From contig CBDCWI010000001.1 of NCBI GenBank assembly GCA_965223325.1, positions 1,984,001 to 2,048,000 of the forward strand: a stretch of 64,000 bases of DNA, read 5' to 3'. Of this stretch, positions 27,815 through 38,089 are shown in pieces. The DNA comes from Candidatus Multivoradales bacterium (GTDB lineage Bacteria > Acidobacteriota > Thermoanaerobaculia > Multivoradales > Multivoraceae). The notes under the pieces were generated by a model. That model ran no database searches. It saw nothing but the letters and a program-made list of their open reading frames with translations, and had not been told where the DNA came from. The translations under genes were made by a program, and so were the position numbers. Position 1 is the first letter of the stretch. Every line of letters starts with the position of its first letter.

Positions 27815-29230
27815 CTAGCGCTCGGCGGCCACCGCTGCCTCACGCATGTCGAGGCTCTTCTTGAAGTAGCCCATGCACAAGAACAGCAGAATCGTGGCGA
27901 CGATGTGGGCGATGACGGTTGACGACAACAAGGAGTAGCGAATGCCTGCCAGGCCGTACTCGGCCTCGGTAAACAGGTAGTCGGTCAAGAGAGCGAGCAC
28001 CAGGGGACCGACGGCGAGGCCAATCAGATTGACGATGAACAGGTAGATCGCCGACGCCTGGCCGCGGAGGTTGTTCGGCATCATTTCCTGAATCGCGGCT
28101 GGGGCGACGCCGAACGGCATGGCGGCGAGGAAGACCGTGGGAACGACGAACGCCATCGACAACACGTCGTTCGAGATCAGCGGGTAGATGATTCCGGTGG
28201 GGAACCAGATCCAGGCGGCGAGGAACCCCACCCGCACCTTGGCATCGCGATAGCCGCGCGCGGCGAGCTGGTCGGCCAGGAGACCGCCGGTGAAGACCCC
28301 CGCGGCAGCCGCAATGAAAACGATGATGCCGTAGATGGTTCCGAACTTGGCGGCATCCCACCCATGGACGCGCTTGAACATCTCGGGAAGCCAGGCGCCG
28401 GTGCCGTAGCTCGAGAACGACAGCAATGCGAAACCAACGTTGTGGGTCACCACCGTCTTCCAGTTCTTGCCGATGTAGTCGACGACCTCGTTGAACGGCA
28501 CCGCCTTCGCCTGACCGCCGAGCAGGCCGCGACGTTTGGGTTCGCGCACTGTAAAAAGAAGCAGAGGCACAACGAGAAGCCCGGGCAAGCCAACCAGGAG
28601 GAAGACCTTCTGCCAGGGTGCCATGACGCCGAAGAACGGAACTGTCCACGGCTCGGTCTCACGGACCCAAACGATCGCTCGCCCGCCAATCAAGTACGCC
28701 ATGCCGGCACCGAAGTAGATCCCCATGCCGTAGAAGCCAATCGCGCGTGCCAACTTTTCCTTGCGAAAGTAATCGGTGATGATCGAATACGCCGACGGCG
28801 ACAACGACGCTTCGCCTATGCCAACCCCGACCCGCATGAGCGCCATCGTCAGGAAGTTCTTCGCCAGCGAACAGCCCGCCGTCATCAAGCTCCAGACGGT
28901 CAGACCGAAAGCGATCAACTTCGTGCGGTTGCCGCTGTCGGCGAGACGCCCGAACGGAATGCCGAAGATGGTGTAGAAGATCGCAAACGCCGGGCCCATC
29001 AGGAAGCCCACCTGCCAGTCCTTGTCGAGATTGAGACCGGTCTTGAGGTCACTGACCATCATGCTCAGGATCTGCCGGTCAACGAACGAGAAGACGTAAA
29101 CCAGAGTCAGGATCGCCACGACGTACCAGGCGTAGCCCTCGCTCGGATAGGGCTCTTCGTTCTGCGCAGGCGGACTCGAAGCGGGATCCGTGGGGGCATC
29201 GGCGGGTTCGCCGTCATGGGTCGACGTCAT
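27815..29230 (-). CDS. Spinster-family MFS transporter
   Basis: YVFSFVDRQIL, GIPFGRLAD..NR, RVGVGIGEASLSP.AYSIITDYF, VREPKR. Confidence 0.92.
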   Translation of the reverse strand: MTSTHDGEPADAPTDPASSPPAQNEEPYPSEGYAWYVVAILTLVYVFSFVDRQILSMMVSDLKTGLNLDKDWQVGFLMGPAFAIFYTIFGIPFGRLADSGNRTKLIAFGLTVWSLMTAGCSLAKNFLTMALMRVGVGIGEASLSPSAYSIITDYFRKEKLARAIGFYGMGIYFGAGMAYLIGGRAIVWVRETEPWTVPFFGVMAPWQKVFLLVGLPGLLVVPLLLFTVREPKRRGLLGGQAKAVPFNEVVDYIGKNWKTVVTHNVGFALLSFSSYGTGAWLPEMFKRVHGWDAAKFGTIYGIIVFIAAAAGVFTGGLLADQLAARGYRDAKVRVGFLAAWIWFPTGIIYPLISNDVLSMAFVVPTVFLAAMPFGVAPAAIQEMMPNNLRGQASAIYLFIVNLIGLAVGPLVLALLTDYLFTEAEYGLAGIRYSLLSSTVIAHIVATILLFLCMGYFKKSLDMREAAVAAER

Positions 29231-29381
29231 GGAAGAGACCTCGCGAGCTGAAGTGTCGGGACATGGAGAAGGCCTGCGATTGTTCCATGAAGTCCCGACC
29301 CGCCCGTGATTAGCTCGGATTCCTCCGACGGGCGCCTCGCGTGGGTGCCGAGACCCGCCGGCCATGTGCTGAAATGCGGCG

Positions 29382-29630
29382 ATGCCGAATTGGAACATCA
29401 CCAGAGGCGACCGCGTCCTCCTGCGCCAGCTGCCGCCGGACTACGCCGACCTGCCGACCCCCACCCAGGATCTCCTCGACCTGTGCCTGGGGCGGGAGTT
29501 CGGCGTGCTCGGGCTCGACGATCACGGAAACGTCGAGCTGGACGTGCGGCGCGTCGTCGACCGCGAAGTCGTCTACCTTCCGCGGACCCTGCGGGTCGAC
29601 GCAGACTGTCTGACGATCTTCGGCGCCTAG
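29382..29630 (+). CDS. Hypothetical protein (82 aa)
   Basis: Very high GC3 codon bias. Sequence (GDRVLL...GREFGVLGLDDHGNVEL) suggests a small beta-barrel. Confidence 0.65.
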   Translation: MPNWNITRGDRVLLRQLPPDYADLPTPTQDLLDLCLGREFGVLGLDDHGNVELDVRRVVDREVVYLPRTLRVDADCLTIFGA

Positions 29631-29788
29631 CCAGCCCGTGGCGCCCCGCTGCTTCGTGTTTGTGTGCACATGAAGCAAATTGGCTACAATTCAGCTTCTG
29701 GCACTGGCCGCTGGACGTCCAATCGTCCGGCAGGTGCCGCGCTTCCCGCCGCCCGCCCACGCCTTCCCTCCGCCCCACTCACATTCCT

Positions 29789-30361
29789 ATGTCAAACACA
29801 CCCACCAAAGAAGACGACTGGACTGCCAATCCCTGGGGTTCGGTTCGCGACCGCATGGTTCGAAGCAACGGTGAGACCGCCAACGGCTCGCTGCGCGACC
29901 GCCAGTTCCTGCGCATCCTGGCCAGCATGAGCCGCGACGACGCAGCCGGCGCCCTGCGCGCACAGTGCATCGACGAGAACATCGAACTGTTGATCGAAGA
30001 AGGTCACGTCGTTCTGGCCAGTGGCTCGAAGCCCGAGCTCTGGCTGGGAACAATTCTCCTCGAGGAGGGTGTCTTGACGGCAGCCGAGCTCGAAGCGGTG
30101 CTCGACCTGCAGCGCAATAGTCGAACGCGCTGGTCTCTCGGCAGCCACTTGATCGAAGAGGGCGCCACCGACCGCCAGGTTCTCTGCCAATGCCTGACCC
30201 GACAGGCGACGAGAGTCGTCCAGGAGTTGGTCTCCTGGACCGGCCGTCCCGGCATCTTCACACTCGATCGCACGGTGCCGGCACCGCCACCGGCGACCCT
30301 CGAGCGGCCAGACGCGCCGCTCGAGGTGCTGCTCGCGCGCGCTGTCGGCCGCGAGCTCTGA
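29789..30361 (+). CDS. DUF4388/PATAN-like domain protein
   Basis: GSL.D..F..IL......GAL, EEGHVVLA, LGTILLEEGVLT.AEL, LG..LIEEG, ELVSW..G.F. Confidence 0.75.
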   Translation: MSNTPTKEDDWTANPWGSVRDRMVRSNGETANGSLRDRQFLRILASMSRDDAAGALRAQCIDENIELLIEEGHVVLASGSKPELWLGTILLEEGVLTAAELEAVLDLQRNSRTRWSLGSHLIEEGATDRQVLCQCLTRQATRVVQELVSWTGRPGIFTLDRTVPAPPPATLERPDAPLEVLLARAVGREL

Positions 30362-30413
30362 CGAGCGCCCTCGAGGCCGGTCGAGACCTTCTGGGCGCGC
30401 TATTGTCGCGTTC

Positions 30414-31130
30414 ATGAACACTCCGCCGCTCGCCACGGTCGTCCCATCTCCGCCAGCCGTCCTTCTCGACGTCACGGGCAAGGAGAGAAAGTTCCCGGCC
30501 CGCAGGGTCTACTGCGTCGGGCGCAACTATGCCGCGCACGCGCGCGAAATGGGGAGCGATCCAGAGCGCGAGCCACCGTTCTTCTTCTCCAAGCCGGCCG
30601 ACGCCCTGATACAGAACGGCCCAGTGCACTACCCCCCGCGAACCGCGAATCTCCACCACGAGATCGAACTGGTGGCTGCTATCGGTCGCGCTGGCTCCGA
30701 CATTGCGCCGGGTGAAGCCGGCGATCACGTCTACGGCTACGCCATCGGCATCGACCTCACGCGCCGTGACCTGCAGAGCCAGGCCAAGAACAGCGGCCGC
30801 CCGTGGGTCACTGCCAAGGGCTTCGACGAGTCGGCCCCGATCGGCTCGCTCCACCCGGTTGAGACTCACGGTCACCCCACCAACGGCACCATTCGACTCG
30901 AGCTGAACGGTGAGACGCGCCAGGAGGGAGATCTCGCCGATCTCATCTGGACCGTGCCCGAAGTCGTCGCCGAACTATCGACCCTCTTTCGGCTGGAAGC
31001 GGGAGACTTGATCTTCACCGGGACCCCGGCCGGGGTCGGCCCTGTCGAGGTAGGTGACGTTCTGTTGGGCCAGATCGAGGGCCTCGGCACGCTCGAAACC
31101 AGGATTCTGCCTGCGCGCACGACCCCATAG
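30414..31130 (+). CDS. Fumarylacetoacetate hydrolase family protein (fumarylpyruvate hydrolase-like)
   Basis: RRVYCVGRNYAAHAREMG, PFFFSKP, HHEIEL, DLTRRDLQ, GDLIFTGTPAGVG. Confidence 0.95.
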   Translation: MNTPPLATVVPSPPAVLLDVTGKERKFPARRVYCVGRNYAAHAREMGSDPEREPPFFFSKPADALIQNGPVHYPPRTANLHHEIELVAAIGRAGSDIAPGEAGDHVYGYAIGIDLTRRDLQSQAKNSGRPWVTAKGFDESAPIGSLHPVETHGHPTNGTIRLELNGETRQEGDLADLIWTVPEVVAELSTLFRLEAGDLIFTGTPAGVGPVEVGDVLLGQIEGLGTLETRILPARTTP

Positions 31131-31172
31131 GGCCGTTCGCCATCCCGGCCCGACACCACAAGGAGCCCCGTC

Positions 31173-31370
31173 ATGAAGATCTGCGTCGATCCCGACAAAT
31201 GTCAAGGCCACAACCGCTGCTAATTCCTGGCCTCTGAGCTCTTCGAATTCAACGACTACGGCTACGCAACCGCCACGAACAACGGCGAGCTGCCGGCCGA
31301 GCTCGAGGAGAAAGCGCGGCTGGTGATCGACAACTGCCCTGAGTACGCCATCGAGGTCGTCGATGAGTAG
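31173..31370 (+). pseudogene. Small ferredoxin (CxxHxxC...CP) interrupted by in-frame TAA
   Basis: AAGGAG SD. Reads MKICVDPDKCQGHNRC-TAA(31221-31223)-FLASELFEFNDYGYA...IDNCPEYAIEVVDE-TAG. Confidence 0.85.
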
Positions 31371-31481
31371 CAGAAACCCCGGCGCCCCGGGATCACTCTC
31401 CGACATCCCTGTAACAACCAGCCACTCCCTGTCGTAGTCTGAGGTGATACCCACTCAGGTCTGCCGTAGGAGTGCTGCTCG

Positions 31482-32393
31482 ATGCTCGAAATCCGTGACC
31501 TCGTCAAGGTCTACCCGGGACCGGTCGCTGCGCTGCACGGAATCAACCTCGACATTCCAGAAGGCATGTTCGGTCTCCTGGGGCCCAACGGCGCTGGCAA
31601 GACGACGCTCATGCGCATCCTCGCCGGGCTCCTCGAGCCCACCTCGGGCAAGGTCTTCTTCGACGGCGACGACATCGGCGAGCGGCCCGAGCTCATCTGG
31701 CCGCGGCTTGGATACCTGCCGCAGGCGTTCGGCTTCTACCCCAATCTCACCGGCGAGCAGATGCTGATCCACCTCTTGAAGCTCAAGGGAGTGGAGTCGC
31801 CCAAAGGCCTCAAACAACTGACCGGCGAGCTGCTCGAGCGCGTCAATCTCGGCTTTGCGGCGCGGCGCAAGGTCAAGGCCTACTCGGGCGGCATGAAGCA
31901 GCGCCTCGGCATTGCGCAGGCGGTCGCCGGCAACCCGCGACTGATCATCGTCGATGAGCCCACCGCCGGCCTCGACCCCGAAGAACGTCTACGCTTCTAC
32001 CGCATCCTCGCCGAGTTGGCTGCCGACCGTACCGTTCTCCTCTCGACTCACATCGTCGAAGACGTTGCGGTCTTGTGCCCGCATTTCGCGGTGATCAGGC
32101 ACGGCAAGTTGGTTGCGCGCACGACCCCGTCTGAGGCAAGGCGACAACTCGAAGGCCAGATCTACGAAGGCCTCGCGACCAGCGCCGAGCTGGTGGACCT
32201 GCGCCGCAACCGTCGCGTCACCCAGGCCTACCTGGTCGAGGGGCGCAACCTGGTGCGCCTCTTCGAACCCGGGGGCGAACCGCCACCGGGTTTCAGCGCT
32301 GTACTACCGACGCTCGAAGACGCCTACCTGGTGATGATGCAAGACCACGACGAGGTCGTACCCCAGGGCGTGGCTTCTGACTCCCCGGCATGA
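31482..32393 (+). CDS. ABC transporter ATP-binding protein
   Basis: GPNGAGKTT, YSGGMKQR, DEPTAGLDP, LSTH. Confidence 0.96.
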   Translation: MLEIRDLVKVYPGPVAALHGINLDIPEGMFGLLGPNGAGKTTLMRILAGLLEPTSGKVFFDGDDIGERPELIWPRLGYLPQAFGFYPNLTGEQMLIHLLKLKGVESPKGLKQLTGELLERVNLGFAARRKVKAYSGGMKQRLGIAQAVAGNPRLIIVDEPTAGLDPEERLRFYRILAELAADRTVLLSTHIVEDVAVLCPHFAVIRHGKLVARTTPSEARRQLEGQIYEGLATSAELVDLRRNRRVTQAYLVEGRNLVRLFEPGGEPPPGFSAVLPTLEDAYLVMMQDHDEVVPQGVASDSPA

Positions 32394-35300
32394 GTGGCAC
32401 AACCGCCGCCAGCGTGCACACAGCAGCCCGCCTCGCCCCAGCCAGCGGCTTTTCTTTCCGCCGCCTGGCCGCCGTTTTGTGGCTCGAGCTGCAGAGCTAC
32501 TTCAGGCGCCCAGCGCTGTGGATCCTGACGCTACTCCTGGTCCTGGTCAGCTGGGGCTTGACCAGCGGCAGCCTCACCATCAGCACCGGCGACTCCTCGG
32601 TGGGTGGCACCAAGGCCTGGTTGAACGCCGAGTTCAATCTGGCGTTGATCCTGGTGCTGGTGAGCTCGTTGACCTACGCCTTCTTCGTCTCGGTGGGTGC
32701 TGGCCTGAGTGTCCTCGGCGACGACGAGAACCGGGTCAGCGAGGTGATCCACACCACACCGCTACGACCGGCAGAGTATGTCTGGGGCAAGTTCGGCGGC
32801 GTCCTTGCGGCGTTCTTGCTTGTCGCACTGCTTCACTTTCTGGCCTCGATCTTCTTCTACCAGCTCTGGCCGATCGAGAACCCCGAAGAGCTTCGCGGAC
32901 CGTTCGAGCTCTCGAACTATCTGCGCCCCTTCGCGCTGTTCGTGGTTCCACTGATTCTCTTCTACGCCGGCATTGCCTTCGCCGTCGGCGAGCGCTTCCG
33001 GCGCCCGATCGTCGTCTTCATCGCGCCGACTGTGATCTTCCTGGCGTCGGGCTTCTTCCTGTGGAGCTGGTCGCCAAGCTGGCTCGACCCGAAGATCGAC
33101 CGGCTGCTCATGCTGATCGAACCGAGCGCCTATCGTTGGCTCAACAACACATGGCTCCAGCTCGACCGGGGAGTCGACTTCTACAACACCGCAGCCCTCG
33201 GCACCGATCTCACGTTCTGGCTCAACAGACTCTGGGTCCTGGCGGTTCCACTACTCGCCGTTTCCTCTTCGGTTCGACACCTGCGGACCGCAATCGCCGG
33301 TGACCAGCCGTCAGGCACCCGGCTGGGGCGTGCCTGGGCGCGCTTTCGCAAGAAGGACAACGCGGTTGAAGCGAAGCCCCCCACCGAGACGCACGGCGCC
33401 CTGACCCACGCCGCGAGTCCACTCGCGACCCTTCGCATGACCAGCACGCCGGTCAGTCTTGTGCGCACGCTCCTCGAGGTCGCCCGCGCCGAACTGCGCG
33501 AGCTGCGCGGCCAGCCGGGCCTCTACCTCTTCGTACCGCTGATCGTTCTGCAGATCGTTGGATCGTCGCTCGCACTGATCGGAGCGTTCGACACCCCACT
33601 CCTTCTGACCTCGGGCCGCACCGCCGTTTCGAGTTTCAACACCATCTCGCTTCTGGTGTGCCTGCTGCTCTTGTTCTACACCGTCGAGTCGTTGGTGCGC
33701 GAGTTGCGCACCGGGGTCTCGCCATTGGTCTACTCAGCCCCCATGCGCACCGCAGCGTTCCTGTTCGGCAAAGCGCTCGCGAACTCCTTCGTTGGCGTGG
33801 TGGTGGTTCTGGGGGCATTGGTTGGAGCCGTGATTGCGATTCTCGTGCAGGGCAAGGTACCGCTCGAGGGCTGGCCGTTCGTGCTGGTGTGGGGGATCCT
33901 GCTGCTGCCGACGTTTCTCCTCTGGAGCTCATTCGTGATCGTCCTGTTCGCCCTCTTGCGCGAGCGCTACACGACCTACGCCCTCGGCATCGCGGCTCTG
34001 GCAGCAACCGGATACTTCCAGCTCACCGGCAAGATGACCTGGGTCTACAACTGGAATCTGTGGGGAGCCCTGCGCTGGAGCGATATGGGCGCCTTCGAGC
34101 TCGGGCGCGGGGCGCTGGTGCTCAACCGCGTCATCGCGGTGACGCTCGCGGTTGGCTTTACCGCGCTGGCGATGCGCCTCTTCAGGCGTCGCGATCTCGA
34201 CGCCGGCCGCATTGCAGAGCGACTGCGCCCGATGAAGCTCCTGCGCACCGGCCTACGGCTGGCGCCCTGGTTCCTCATTCCCCTCGTCGCCGGCGTCATC
34301 CTGGCCTCGCAGGTTCGCAACGGCTTCCAGAGCGAGGCAGCCGAAAAGGCCGACAAGGACTACTGGCGAAAGAACCTCGCGACCTACCGCGACTTCGAGC
34401 TTCCCCGGGTGACCCATCTCGAGCTCGACATGAAGCTCGAGCCCAACGAGCGAAGTTTCGAGGTCGCGGGTACGTTCGGCTTTCACAACCACCTCGACGA
34501 AGAAATCCGTCTGATTCCCTTTACGGCGTCGCAAGGGCTCGAGGCCATCGCGTGGAAGATCAACGGCCACCCCGTCGAGCCCGAAGAACGGTCGCTACTC
34601 TTTGAGCTCCGCCCGCCCGAGCCTCTCCTGCCCGATGAGACCCTCACCGTGTCCTTCGAGACCGCCGGGGTCGTCAACAGGGGGACCACCAAGAACGGTG
34701 GCGGGGCATCGGTGTTCGCCCTACCCTCGGGCGTCGTCGTGCACGTCCTTGGGCCGAGCTTCATGCCTCTACCCGGCTTCATCGAAAGCATCGGAGTCGA
34801 CGACGAGAACGAATACGAGCCGCGCGAGTACGAGGACGACTTCTGGGAGAGCGAGCTCACGCCAGCGCTCGGCAACCCAACACCCTTCAGCACCCGTGCG
34901 ACCATCACCGCACCGGCTGAGTACACCGTCAACTCGGTTGGCGAGCTGGTGAGCGAAAGTGAGAGCAACGGCCAGCGCACGGTGGTCTGGCAGAGCGACT
35001 ACCCGGTCAAGATCTTCAACATCGTCGCCGGTCGCTGGGACGTCGCGCGCGGCGACGGCGTTGCGGTGTTCTACCACCCGGAGCACCACTACAACGTCGA
35101 CGAGATGGTCGCCGGCCTGGAGGCAGCCCGCGAGCACTACTCCGAGTGGTTCTATCCCTACCCATGGAAGGAGCTGAAGCTCAGCGAGTTCCCGGGTCTG
35201 GCGAGCTACGCACAGGGCTTCCCCACCAATATCACCTTCTCCGAAGACATCGGCTTCCTGACCGATAGTGACCCCAAAACCAACCTCGCCTTCATGGTTA

Positions 35301-36094
35301 CCGCCCACGAAGCGGCCCATCAGTGGTGGGGCAACCTGGTCACCCCAGGTGAGGGTCCCGGCGGCAACGTGATCTCGGAGGGAATGTCGCACTATTCAAC
35401 CCTCTTGCTGCAGGAAGAAGAATACGGCCTCGCCGGTCGCATCGAGCTCGCTAAACGTTTTGAAGAGCGCTACGGCGAGAACCGCAGCGTCGACTCAGAA
35501 CGGCCGCTGGTAAAGATCGACGGCTCGCGGACTGGCGACAACACAGTCACCTACGACAAGGGCGGTTGGGTGATGTGGATGCTCCACGACCTCATGGGGA
35601 GCGAAGCCGCCCTCGCGGGCCTGCAGGAACTCGTCCGCAAGGCGATTCCGGGTCCCGACCACCCGGTGCTACAGGATCTGGTCGAAACTCTCAGACCGCA
35701 CGCACCCGAGCCTGAGGCCTTTGCTGACTTCGTCGACCAGTGGTACTTCGATGTAGTGCTACCTGAATACCGGGTCTCTGATGCGCAATCCACCAAGAGC
35801 GGCGCGCAGTGGGTGACCACCGCCACCGTAGAGAACCGTGGCACCGGCCGGATGCCGGTCGAAGTTGCGGTAACCCGTGGGGAACGCTTCCCCGAGCAAG
35901 GCGAAGACGAAGACACCGACACCGGGAGCGGTGACGCCGAACCCTGGGAAGAGGCACGCACGACGATCACTCTCGGCGCCGGCGAACTCCAGGCCATCAC
36001 CATCACCTCATCCTTCGAGCCCCAGCAGGTCATCGTTGATCCCGACGTGAGAGTCCTGCAGCTCGATCGGAAGCGTGCCCTGGCCGAGCTCTGA
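32390..36094 (+). CDS. ABC-2 permease (duplicated) fused to an M1/gluzincin aminopeptidase domain
   Basis: Two permease halves (TPLRPAEYVWGKF; SAPMRTAAFLFGK), then HEAAHQWWGN...SEGMSHY and YDKGG. ATGA overlap with the ATPase gene. Confidence 0.9.
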   Translation: MSGTTAASVHTAARLAPASGFSFRRLAAVLWLELQSYFRRPALWILTLLLVLVSWGLTSGSLTISTGDSSVGGTKAWLNAEFNLALILVLVSSLTYAFFVSVGAGLSVLGDDENRVSEVIHTTPLRPAEYVWGKFGGVLAAFLLVALLHFLASIFFYQLWPIENPEELRGPFELSNYLRPFALFVVPLILFYAGIAFAVGERFRRPIVVFIAPTVIFLASGFFLWSWSPSWLDPKIDRLLMLIEPSAYRWLNNTWLQLDRGVDFYNTAALGTDLTFWLNRLWVLAVPLLAVSSSVRHLRTAIAGDQPSGTRLGRAWARFRKKDNAVEAKPPTETHGALTHAASPLATLRMTSTPVSLVRTLLEVARAELRELRGQPGLYLFVPLIVLQIVGSSLALIGAFDTPLLLTSGRTAVSSFNTISLLVCLLLLFYTVESLVRELRTGVSPLVYSAPMRTAAFLFGKALANSFVGVVVVLGALVGAVIAILVQGKVPLEGWPFVLVWGILLLPTFLLWSSFVIVLFALLRERYTTYALGIAALAATGYFQLTGKMTWVYNWNLWGALRWSDMGAFELGRGALVLNRVIAVTLAVGFTALAMRLFRRRDLDAGRIAERLRPMKLLRTGLRLAPWFLIPLVAGVILASQVRNGFQSEAAEKADKDYWRKNLATYRDFELPRVTHLELDMKLEPNERSFEVAGTFGFHNHLDEEIRLIPFTASQGLEAIAWKINGHPVEPEERSLLFELRPPEPLLPDETLTVSFETAGVVNRGTTKNGGGASVFALPSGVVVHVLGPSFMPLPGFIESIGVDDENEYEPREYEDDFWESELTPALGNPTPFSTRATITAPAEYTVNSVGELVSESESNGQRTVVWQSDYPVKIFNIVAGRWDVARGDGVAVFYHPEHHYNVDEMVAGLEAAREHYSEWFYPYPWKELKLSEFPGLASYAQGFPTNITFSEDIGFLTDSDPKTNLAFMVTAHEAAHQWWGNLVTPGEGPGGNVISEGMSHYSTLLLQEEEYGLAGRIELAKRFEERYGENRSVDSERPLVKIDGSRTGDNTVTYDKGGWVMWMLHDLMGSEAALAGLQELVRKAIPGPDHPVLQDLVETLRPHAPEPEAFADFVDQWYFDVVLPEYRVSDAQSTKSGAQWVTTATVENRGTGRMPVEVAVTRGERFPEQGEDEDTDTGSGDAEPWEEARTTITLGAGELQAITITSSFEPQQVIVDPDVRVLQLDRKRALAEL

Positions 36095-36197
36095 GGAACC
36101 GTAGCTCGGAAGCTCCTCGCTGTAGAGTGCTGTCAGAACCAAGAAGCCGTTTCTCGACCGGCGCTCCCTCGGCGCCCGGTACCACCTGGAGAATCTC

Positions 36198-38078
36198 ATG
36201 CTGAAACTGCGAACTCACCGCTCATGCAGAAGCCTCACCTCGACTGATTTCCGTCTCTCCCTGGCGCTTGCGATTCTCTTCCTGGTCGCTGCCGCCTCGC
36301 ACGCCTCCGCCGCAGCCGACGCCGGCTCTCTGCTCGACGGCTTCGACGAGCAGGTCGAAGGGTGGATGAAGGAGTGGAAAGTCCCCGGGCTCGGAGTCGC
36401 GATCGTCAAAGACGGTGAAGTCGTTCTCGCCCGCGGCTACGGCTACCGCAATCTCGAAGATCGGGTCCCAGCAGACGAAAACACCCTCTTCGCAATCGGC
36501 TCGAACAGCAAATCGTTCACCGTCACCTTGCTTGGCGCTCTCGCCGAGGAGGGCAAAGTCGACTGGGATACCCCCATCCAGCAGTACCTGCCCGACTTTC
36601 GCATGCACGACCCTTTTGCAACCGCCGAGATGACGGCACGTGATCTGGTCACCCACCGCTCCGGGCTGCCCCGGCACGACCTCACCTGGTACGCCACCGG
36701 GCGTTCGCGGGACGAGCTCTTCGAGCTCCTCGAACACCTCGAACCAACCAAGCCCTTCCGCTCCACCTACCAGTATCAAAACCTGATGTTCATGACCGCC
36801 GGGTACTTGGCCGAACGGCTCACCAACCGCAGCTGGGAAGAGCTCGTCAACGAGAAACTCTTCGACCCAATCGGCATGGAACGCTCGAACTTTTCGGTCG
36901 ACGCCATGCAGAAGGACGCAAACTTCTCCTACGCCTACAGCCACCGACCCGAGCAGGAGATCGAGCGCATCCCGTTCCGCAACATCGACGCGATCGGCCC
37001 CGCCGGCTCGATCAACTCCTCGGCCGCTGAGATGGCCAAGTACATCCAGTTCCATCTCGACTACGGCCGCGTGGGTGACAAGCAGGTGATTTCAGAGAAC
37101 ACCGCCCGCCAGATGCAAAGCCCACAAATGCCGATCACCGGCCCGCAACTCGCCGCCCTGTTCAGCGGCGCCGACGAGGGCGTCTTCGGCGACCCGTCGT
37201 ATGGCATGGGGTTGATGGTCAGCAGCTACCGCGGTCACAAGCACGTCAGCCACGGCGGCGGAATCGACGGTTTCATCTCGGCGATGAACTGGCTGCCGCA
37301 CGACGACATTGGCATCGTCGTGCTTTCGAACACCAACGGCAGCGGTGTGGTGCCAACGCTGGTCGTGAGGAACGCCTTCGATCGCCTACTCGGCCTCGAG
37401 CCCATCGACTTCGCCGCCACGCAGCGAGAGCGCGAAGCCAAGGCGAAGACCGACTCCGACGAGAAGAAGGCGAAAGACGACGCAGATCGCAAAAAGGACA
37501 CCAGGCCGTCGCACGCCCTCTTTGACTACAGCGGCACCTACGCACACCCTGCCTACGGCGCCGCGACAGTCACTTCCCGCGACGATCAACTGCAAATCGC
37601 AGTCGTCGGGTTCGAGGTACCCCTCGAGCACTACCACTACGACGTGTTCGAGGTGCCCGAGGGGCTAGAAGGCGACGCCGCGTCACTCGAAGGGACCAAG
37701 GTCCAGTTCCTCTACGACAAGCGCGGCACCGTCGACCGCGTCACCGTGCCACTCGAGCCGAACCTTCCCGACATGATCTTCGAACGCCAACCGAACGAGG
37801 AGATGTCCGACCCCGACTTCCTGGCGAAGTTTGTGGGCACCTACGAGCTGGAAGGGCAAACCGGCGAGATCGCGTTGCGCACCGACAACACTCTGACTCT
37901 TTCCTTGCCGGGCCAGCCCACCTGGACGCTCTCACCCGAGCAAGGCACCAGCTTCACCATCGACACGCTACCGGGTTTCCACGTCGAGTTCGGCCTCGAA
38001 GAGGGCGCGGAGCACGCCGAGACGGTGACCTTCATCCAGCCCAACGGAACGTTCGTCGCCACCCGCAAGCAACCATAG
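36198..38078 (+). CDS. Serine hydrolase (beta-lactamase/PBP-like, S12) with C-terminal DUF3471-like domains
   Basis: Signal peptide, IGSNSKSF (SxxK), YQN, HGGGIDGF, YSGTYAHPAYG. Confidence 0.92.
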   Translation: MLKLRTHRSCRSLTSTDFRLSLALAILFLVAAASHASAAADAGSLLDGFDEQVEGWMKEWKVPGLGVAIVKDGEVVLARGYGYRNLEDRVPADENTLFAIGSNSKSFTVTLLGALAEEGKVDWDTPIQQYLPDFRMHDPFATAEMTARDLVTHRSGLPRHDLTWYATGRSRDELFELLEHLEPTKPFRSTYQYQNLMFMTAGYLAERLTNRSWEELVNEKLFDPIGMERSNFSVDAMQKDANFSYAYSHRPEQEIERIPFRNIDAIGPAGSINSSAAEMAKYIQFHLDYGRVGDKQVISENTARQMQSPQMPITGPQLAALFSGADEGVFGDPSYGMGLMVSSYRGHKHVSHGGGIDGFISAMNWLPHDDIGIVVLSNTNGSGVVPTLVVRNAFDRLLGLEPIDFAATQREREAKAKTDSDEKKAKDDADRKKDTRPSHALFDYSGTYAHPAYGAATVTSRDDQLQIAVVGFEVPLEHYHYDVFEVPEGLEGDAASLEGTKVQFLYDKRGTVDRVTVPLEPNLPDMIFERQPNEEMSDPDFLAKFVGTYELEGQTGEIALRTDNTLTLSLPGQPTWTLSPEQGTSFTIDTLPGFHVEFGLEEGAEHAETVTFIQPNGTFVATRKQP

Positions 38079-38089
38079 AGGCCAGCGAC

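Noticed and set aside
29699-29714. Sigma54 promoter starting TGGCAC
   Set aside because: There is no GC at the -12 position.
31221-31223. Programmed read-through of TAA in the ferredoxin
   Set aside because: TAA is not a Sec or Pyl codon, and the position is not a cluster ligand. A nonsense mutation or sequencing error is simpler.
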